Positions 57,887 to 64,000 of a stretch of DNA of 64,000 bases are shown here, piece by piece. Within the stretch, counting starts at the first letter, position 1. Each line of letters begins with the position of its first letter. Both the position numbers and the translations under genes were made by a program. The stretch is from Verrucomicrobiota bacterium (GTDB lineage: Bacteria; Verrucomicrobiota; Verrucomicrobiia; Limisphaerales; AAA164-E04), in NCBI GenBank assembly GCA_047947115.1, contig CP170459.1:1440001-1504000 (forward strand), written 5' to 3'. The notes under the pieces are model-generated. The model saw only the letters and a list, made by a program, of their open reading frames with translations, ran no database searches and had not been told where the DNA came from.

Positions 57887-58723
57887 ATGAATCGTGTTTC
57901 GAGTGGCATCTCCATCCTTTTGCTTGTTTTCTGCTTTGCGTTTTCCGGATGTCAACCCATGTCGGTTGCCAGAGTGGACGAGGAGCGGGAAGCCTATTAT
58001 ATGGATGCCAAAGAGAAGCTTTTTGCCGGGGATTACGAGGAAGCTGCGATCGGTTTTGAGCGTGCTCTGGAGGTGAACCCCAAAAACGCAGCCGCGCATC
58101 TCGAATTGGGTTTGCTTCACTACGAGCACCTTCACAACTACGTTTCCGCCATCTATCATTTTCGGAAAATGCTTGAGCTTCGGCCGGATCATCTGATGGC
58201 TGGACAGATCAAGGATCATTTGACCCGATGCGAAATGGATTTTGCCTCCTCGATTCATCTGGGACCCCTTAATCAAAACACCGAGACAAGAATTCGTAAT
58301 CTGGTTGAAACAAAAGAGGGTCTTGAAGAGAAAGTTCAGAGTCTGGAAGGACAGTTGCGCCAGATGCGCAGTGTCCTGGCCGCTCAAAGCAACGACCTCA
58401 AAACGGCTCAGGAAAATGCCGGTCAACGCCGACAAACTGTTGGTTCCGACAACGGCAACGAGCGCACGAATCAGCTTTCCAAACCTGCTGTCGAAAGAGT
58501 ATCGGCAATAGAGTCTTCGCAAACGGATCTCACGCCGGTATCCACCACCCCCACATACCGCAAACACATGGTGCGGGCTAATGACAGTTTTTACAAACTT
58601 TCCCGCAAATACGGAGTCACACCCAAGGTAATTGCCGATGTCAACCCGGGTATTGACTCGACCAAGCTCCAGATTGGACAGGTGCTGAACATCCCTTATC
58701 CAACGGCAACCGCCTCGCGATGA
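57887..58723 (+). CDS. TPR/coiled-coil/LysM lipoprotein
   Basis: FSGC lipobox; TPR (ALEVNPKNAAAHLELG); LysM (HMVRANDSFYKLSRKYGV..NPG..LQIGQVLNIP). Confidence 0.88.
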   Translation: MNRVSSGISILLLVFCFAFSGCQPMSVARVDEEREAYYMDAKEKLFAGDYEEAAIGFERALEVNPKNAAAHLELGLLHYEHLHNYVSAIYHFRKMLELRPDHLMAGQIKDHLTRCEMDFASSIHLGPLNQNTETRIRNLVETKEGLEEKVQSLEGQLRQMRSVLAAQSNDLKTAQENAGQRRQTVGSDNGNERTNQLSKPAVERVSAIESSQTDLTPVSTTPTYRKHMVRANDSFYKLSRKYGVTPKVIADVNPGIDSTKLQIGQVLNIPYPTATASR

Positions 58724-59574
58724 ACCGTGTCTGGTTGATCCTCGCTGGCTGTTTCTGGGTGGGGATGAATGTGCTGCTCTGGCGCTCGGAATACGGCGGC
58801 GGATCGACCGGTACCCCTCTGCCAGTCGACAATGTGGTTGCCAAAATACTCGAAACACCCGATCCCTCGGAGCTGGAGATCTATTATCAGAATGAACGAG
58901 TGGGCAGTTGTCGCTGGATGGTGAGCCAGCTCAGCGAGATCGAACATGAACCCGATACCGGTGACGAAGTCGACCTCGAAGCCGCTGAAATGTCGGGGTT
59001 GATCAAGAAAATCAAATCATTTGCCATCAATCTCGACGGACACCTCCAATGGCAGGAACAGACCAGGCGTATACGTTATATGTTGAACGTGAATCTTGCT
59101 CCCGATTGGAAGTGGACTTCGCTCGACGCCAAAGTGGGGTTCAGGGATCAGTGGTTTCATGTGCATTCGAAACAGTCTGAAGGCACGGTGAGTTTTGAGC
59201 TCGAACAGGGTGCTTCAAAATGGGACAGCGTGATTACCTTCGAGCAATTGAAGCGTCCTGAAGCACTCCTTGAGCAGTGGCTGCCGGAGAATCCCCTATT
59301 GGTCGGCTTGGCGGCACCCCTGCTGGCTCAGGCCAAGGCCCTTGTCGGGGATGTAAACAATCCGGCCTTGGGATTGGCAAGCTGGGGGGATAACTGGAAA
59401 GCCTATTCGGATTGGTTGACCATTGCACATTCCAGAATGCGCGTCTACCGCATGGAGCACTCCCTTGATGATGAACCAAGTGTATCGGTCACCATCAATC
59501 GTGCGGGAGAAATCCTCACGGTCACCCTGCCTCAACGCCTTCTTATCAAGAATGAAGGAGTGCTTGGATTGTAG
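58720..59574 (+). CDS. Hypothetical exported protein
   Basis: N-terminal TM/signal; ATGA overlap with the LysM gene. Confidence 0.75.
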   Translation: MNRVWLILAGCFWVGMNVLLWRSEYGGGSTGTPLPVDNVVAKILETPDPSELEIYYQNERVGSCRWMVSQLSEIEHEPDTGDEVDLEAAEMSGLIKKIKSFAINLDGHLQWQEQTRRIRYMLNVNLAPDWKWTSLDAKVGFRDQWFHVHSKQSEGTVSFELEQGASKWDSVITFEQLKRPEALLEQWLPENPLLVGLAAPLLAQAKALVGDVNNPALGLASWGDNWKAYSDWLTIAHSRMRVYRMEHSLDDEPSVSVTINRAGEILTVTLPQRLLIKNEGVLGL

Positions 59575-59688
59575 TTTTCCAACCTAATGGACAAGATGTA
59601 TGGCGGTAGATGGTGTGCGCTTTGGCTTTTCAATCGTTGGTTTTGTGTGTTTGAATGATCCGGCAGTTCGTTAAATTCTTACCCGTTC

Positions 59689-61884
59689 ATGGAAAATAAC
59701 ACATCCAATCAGCAAACAACAGGCGGTGAAAATCATCCAATCTCCGTTTCGGTCCCGAGTCCTTTCAAAAAATGGGCCTTTCGCCTGTTGGCCATGCTTT
59801 TGGTTTCCGGATGTGTGTTGGGTGGTCTGGAAGGTGCCCTGCGATTGATCGGATTTGGAGATCACCCCTATTTTTTTCAAAAACGGGTTTTTAACAACAC
59901 TGAATATTGGACTGAAAATCCTGGTTTCCTCTATCGGTTCATGCCCAGGACGCAGGCCCGATCCCCTCGGCCCGTGATGTTCCCGGTCAAGAAGGCCGAA
60001 AATGTCGTTCGAATTTTCGTGTTGGGCGAATCCGCAGCCATGGGAGATCCTGAACCTGCTTTTGGCCTGGCTCAGGTGCTCAGGGTATTGTTGAGGGATC
60101 GGTTCCCGAACAAGGAATTTGAAGTGATCAATACCGCCCTAACCGCCATTAATTCACACCTGATTCTGCCACTGGCACATGAATGCGTCGAAAAGGACGC
60201 TGATTTTCTGGTGATTTACATGGGCAATAATGAAGTCGTCGGCCCTTTCGGCCCAGGAACGGTTTTCGGTGAGCATTCACCTAACTTAACCACGTTGAAA
60301 TGGGGGCTGGCGCTGAAAAAGTTCCGACTGGGCCAGCTAGTGGATCACCTGGCCACTACGTTTGCGACCGGTTCCTCTGCGAATGCCTGGGGTGGCATGG
60401 CCATGTTTCAGGAAAAGCAGGTCAGCCGTGATGACCCGCGTTTGCAGGCCGTGTATGATCATTTTCAGTCTCAGGTACGCGATCTGGTTTCACTTCCCAG
60501 ACGTTCCGGTGTTCCGGTTTTCATCAGTACGGTGCCCTGCAATCTCAGAGATTCGGCGCCTTTCGCGTCGAGTGTTCCATCCAGTCTGTCGGATGAAGAT
60601 AAGCAAGCTTGGCAGGCGCATTACGATCAAGGTGTGCAACTGAAAAAGGCCGGACTTTTGTCTGAGGCTTTTCTCCACTTTCAGGAAGCTGAATCCCTGT
60701 TTTCCGAGCATGCGGATCTGCAGTTTCAATTGGGGCAATGCCTGATTCAAATCGGCACCCCTGAAGAAGCTCCCACACATTTCCTGCTCGCCAGAGAACT
60801 CGATTTGCTGCGGTTTCGAGCCGATGATCGATTGAATCAGGTCATACGCGACGCCTCCAAAGGTCAAATCTCCGCCGGAACGCATTTTTTGGATGCCGTT
60901 CAAGTGTTCGCGGAACAGTCGGAGTACGGTCTGCCGGGTAGTGATCTTTTTTGGGATCATGTGCATCTCAAGTTTTTGGGAAATTACTTGCTGGCAAAGC
61001 TTTATGCAGAAAATGTTGCAACCGTCCTGGCGATGCAAAACGGAGGCGGAACGAAGCAGGCTGTTGCGTGGTTGGGTGCCGAACAATGTGCCCGGCGAAT
61101 GGGCTTGACCCGCTGGGGGCAGTATCAGATGACAAGCACTATGTTCTCCAGGCTCAACGTCCCGCCTTTCACAGGGCAGTCCAACCGCGCTGAAGTGAAC
61201 ACTGTCATGGCGGAGGAAATTCGGTTGCTTCGCATGGAGCCTGATCAGGAAAAGTTGAAAGCCATGTCCGATCTCTACCTGGCTACGATTCAAAACGACC
61301 CCGGCAATTGGTTGCTGTATGATCAGCATGCGCGGTTCTTAAAAGCCGTGGGTGATCGTGAAAATGCTGTGATCCAATGGAAAAAGGTAATCGAACTTGT
61401 GCCTCACCATTTCATGGCTCGATATGAGTTGGGGACCTTGCTCAAAACGTCCGAGGTGACTGTAGGGCTGGCGGAACGTTATCTGCGGGAGGCAATTGAG
61501 TTGCGTCCATACATTCCTCAAGTGCATTCCGAACTGGGGCTTTGCCTCGGGCGGCAGAACAAGTATCAGGATGCCAGTGAGTCATTTCAAAGGGCCATTG
61601 AGTTGAATCCAAAGGACGTTAACGTTCATGTCAACTGGGCGATTGCATTAAATTTGATGAAAAAAAACGACGAAGCCATTCACCGCCTTGAGCAGGCTTT
61701 GACTGTGTCCACCAACAGTGTCCCCGCTCATTTGAACATGGCCCGTTTTCTGGCTCCCGGTAAGGATTGGGGCCGGGTTCGCCATCATCTCAATCAAGTG
61801 CTTAGGTTGGATCCGGACAATGCCGAGGCAATCGAAGCGTTGGGCAAGGTGGAAGCGATGACACCTGGTTCTGCTTCGCAATGA
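59689..61884 (+). CDS. Membrane-anchored SGNH-like plus TPR repeat protein
   Basis: TM then EGALRLIG; RIFVLGESA, YMGNNE, DHVHL; many TPRs. Confidence 0.85.
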   Translation: MENNTSNQQTTGGENHPISVSVPSPFKKWAFRLLAMLLVSGCVLGGLEGALRLIGFGDHPYFFQKRVFNNTEYWTENPGFLYRFMPRTQARSPRPVMFPVKKAENVVRIFVLGESAAMGDPEPAFGLAQVLRVLLRDRFPNKEFEVINTALTAINSHLILPLAHECVEKDADFLVIYMGNNEVVGPFGPGTVFGEHSPNLTTLKWGLALKKFRLGQLVDHLATTFATGSSANAWGGMAMFQEKQVSRDDPRLQAVYDHFQSQVRDLVSLPRRSGVPVFISTVPCNLRDSAPFASSVPSSLSDEDKQAWQAHYDQGVQLKKAGLLSEAFLHFQEAESLFSEHADLQFQLGQCLIQIGTPEEAPTHFLLARELDLLRFRADDRLNQVIRDASKGQISAGTHFLDAVQVFAEQSEYGLPGSDLFWDHVHLKFLGNYLLAKLYAENVATVLAMQNGGGTKQAVAWLGAEQCARRMGLTRWGQYQMTSTMFSRLNVPPFTGQSNRAEVNTVMAEEIRLLRMEPDQEKLKAMSDLYLATIQNDPGNWLLYDQHARFLKAVGDRENAVIQWKKVIELVPHHFMARYELGTLLKTSEVTVGLAERYLREAIELRPYIPQVHSELGLCLGRQNKYQDASESFQRAIELNPKDVNVHVNWAIALNLMKKNDEAIHRLEQALTVSTNSVPAHLNMARFLAPGKDWGRVRHHLNQVLRLDPDNAEAIEALGKVEAMTPGSASQ

Positions 61885-62093
61885 GTGAGTCTTTTAAGCT
61901 TGCCCAATTGAGAATCCAATCGAAACACATCCAGCATCATCGACCTGATCAGGGCACGTTCTTCACATTTTGACTTGTCACAAAGCTGCCATACTTGGTA
62001 AAAACCCCTCATCCATTAATACGTGCCTCGGCTCGGAAGCCGAAGCATTATGTGGTTTTGCAGTGTTGTAATTAAATGCAAATCAGGAACGAT

Positions 62094-64000
62094 ATGAGTA
62101 AAAATAAATATAACTTATTCACACGCAGTAAGTTAGGGTTTGCTTCGCTCTCTGCGGCCGTCATCGGCCTCAGTGGTGTTGCAAACGCTGGCGATGTCAC
62201 ATGGGATTTCAATAGTGATCCCGTAGATGACGGTATTATTCTGTCCGGAAATAACGACGCGATTTGGGTCGAAGAGGGCGGAAACGACGGTGGCTTCTTG
62301 GCGGTTACATACCCCGAAGGTGGCCAGGATGGCTATGTAGCATTCCCCAGTATTGATGCTGATAACGAAATTGTTGCCGGCTTCAAACTCTCAGGTGAGG
62401 CACGTATCGGTAACAGTACGGGTGATCGTGCCGCGGACGGTTTCAGTGTGAGCTTGGCTCGCGACAATGGAACAGATCCTGTTGTTGAAGAGTTAAATGC
62501 CAATGGCGCTATTTCAGGCATGGGTAACTTTGCCGGTGGTATTGCCGAAGGTGGAACCACGACCGGTGTTGCAGTTAGCTTTGACACTTGGGCTGGAAAT
62601 ACTCTGCCTGATGGTGGTGATATCGAAGGTATCATCGTCCGCGTGGACAATGTGACCATCACCCGTGAAGGTCTCCCTACTCGCCATGGTGAGTGTGATG
62701 ACATCACCAGTTTGCAGACCGGGCCTCGCAACCAGCAGTATTGGGATGACGGTGGCGATCCTCGCGATCCTGAGTCCTGGGCCGATCTTTGCTGGCAGCC
62801 TTTCTCTGTGGAAGTGACCGCTCCTACGGGTGGCGAGTTAGCAAAACTCACTGTTGCCTTCAAAGGAAACAATGTGTTGGACAACTTCGAGCTTGATTAC
62901 TTCCCTACCAAGAGCCGAGTGATCTTGGCTGGTCGAACCGGTGGTGCCAATGAGCACACCCACTTTGACAACCTGCGCTTGACCACAACTGCCATCACTG
63001 GCGGTGGCGCTCCTCCCAAACCAGGCGACTTGGCCGTGGATCTCGAGGGTGCTGGTTTCGTGCGCTTGTCCTGGGAAGCTGCTAACACCCCTGACTTGGT
63101 TGCATACAAAATTGAGCGTGATGGCGTTCAACTGGCCGGTCAGGTGACCGGGACAACGTTTGATGACTTTGGGGTGAGCGCTAACAGCTCCTACAAATAC
63201 AAGGTCTACACCATGAGCATTGATGGAACTCTTTCCGAAGAGCCCACCAACGAAGTGACCGCAACCACCATCGACGTCGTCGAAGTGGAAGCATTCCAGA
63301 ACATGCTCGTTTACGAAGGAATTGGTGGAACGGATACTCCAACCTTGATCTTCGATACCCCTGATTTCCCAGACAACCCAACACGCACCGTGTTCATCAA
63401 TGGTCTGGACTTCACTCCTGGCGGTATTGCTGATAACTACGGTGGTCTTGTAACCGGAACCTTGACTCCTCCAGTTTCCGGGGATTACCACTTCTTCATT
63501 CGTTCGGACGATGCTTCCGAGTTCTTCTTGAACGAAGACGGTGCGGATGCTCCTGATCCAACCTCAGACTTCCCGATCGCATTCGAAACCGGATGCTGTA
63601 ACGGCTTCTATGAGCCAGGTGAAGACGATGCCACAACTGTGACGCCAATTCCTTTGACTGCTGGTACAAAATATGGTTTTGCCATGGTGCTCAAAGAAGG
63701 TGGCGGTGGCGACTGGTTCCAAGTTGCATGGCGTCGCGAAGGTGACGACACCCCTGCTGCTGAATTGGCACCAATCACGGGTTCCGCTGTGGGTGGTGGT
63801 CTCGGCGATCCTACCGGTGCCTATATCAACATCACTTCTCAACCTCAAGACGCAGTCATTCCTGCGGGTTCATCCGCTACGATCGAACTCGGTGTGGAGG
63901 CTGGTTCTCCCTACACCAACGCTGTTCTCTACCAGTGGATGAAAGACGGCGAGCCTGTTGCAGGTGGCACTAGCCAAAACTTGGTCATCAACGATGCTAC
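62094..64000 (+). CDS. Large secreted modular protein (L-type lectin-like, FN3, PA14, Ig), runs off window end
   Basis: Manual translation MSKNKYNLF..ANA-GDVTWDF; ADGFS/FDTW/RTGG lectin motifs; LSWEAA..YKIERDG FN3; GDYHFFIRSDDAS..KEGGGGD PA14; ITSQP..YQWMKDG Ig. Not in the ORF track. Confidence 0.88.
   Translation, partial: MSKNKYNLFTRSKLGFASLSAAVIGLSGVANAGDVTWDFNSDPVDDGIILSGNNDAIWVEEGGNDGGFLAVTYPEGGQDGYVAFPSIDADNEIVAGFKLSGEARIGNSTGDRAADGFSVSLARDNGTDPVVEELNANGAISGMGNFAGGIAEGGTTTGVAVSFDTWAGNTLPDGGDIEGIIVRVDNVTITREGLPTRHGECDDITSLQTGPRNQQYWDDGGDPRDPESWADLCWQPFSVEVTAPTGGELAKLTVAFKGNNVLDNFELDYFPTKSRVILAGRTGGANEHTHFDNLRLTTTAITGGGAPPKPGDLAVDLEGAGFVRLSWEAANTPDLVAYKIERDGVQLAGQVTGTTFDDFGVSANSSYKYKVYTMSIDGTLSEEPTNEVTATTIDVVEVEAFQNMLVYEGIGGTDTPTLIFDTPDFPDNPTRTVFINGLDFTPGGIADNYGGLVTGTLTPPVSGDYHFFIRSDDASEFFLNEDGADAPDPTSDFPIAFETGCCNGFYEPGEDDATTVTPIPLTAGTKYGFAMVLKEGGGGDWFQVAWRREGDDTPAAELAPITGSAVGGGLGDPTGAYINITSQPQDAVIPAGSSATIELGVEAGSPYTNAVLYQWMKDGEPVAGGTSQNLVINDA

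Overview
Chromosomal window from a bacterium that is probably Verrucomicrobiota. This is an inference from the prepilin-like protein with a C-terminal FADxH motif, the PQQ-type propellers and the giant modular secreted proteins. Core genes: proC (partial), speA, an rsmD-cbiX-like-tyrA-aroA-cmk-plsC operon, a polyprenyl synthase/ECF sigma/anti-sigma cluster, a folP-like gene, a SWIM-SNF2 helicase, sodA, mgtE and a UDPGP-family uridylyltransferase. Accessory content: a hicB-hicA pair, a uronate cluster (CE12 esterase, TRAP transporter, uxaC), two tandem hybrid kinases and three large non-catalytic secreted proteins. A complete IS1380 element (6158-7738, TTAG target duplication) splits a gene that can be reconstructed. 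Several genes are broken: a WD40 gene, a Sel1/carbonic anhydrase remnant and the 5' end of one kinase. There are REP/REPIN-like elements, including a 208-bp element present twice. Best candidates for undescribed biology: (i) a five-gene operon of an atypical ThiF/HesA enzyme, a Cys-motif envelope protein, a CxC-bearing ABC permease, an ATPase and a beta-propeller; (ii) a stand-alone ~110-nt transcript made of TTGGTTTAG repeats, with its own promoter, operator and terminator; (iii) disulfide CIAIFPPxxDC loops displayed on a Calx-beta/Ig scaffold; (iv) a C-terminal module shared by unrelated secreted proteins. No rRNA, tRNA or CRISPR array was seen. All family calls come from motif recognition by eye, not database searches.
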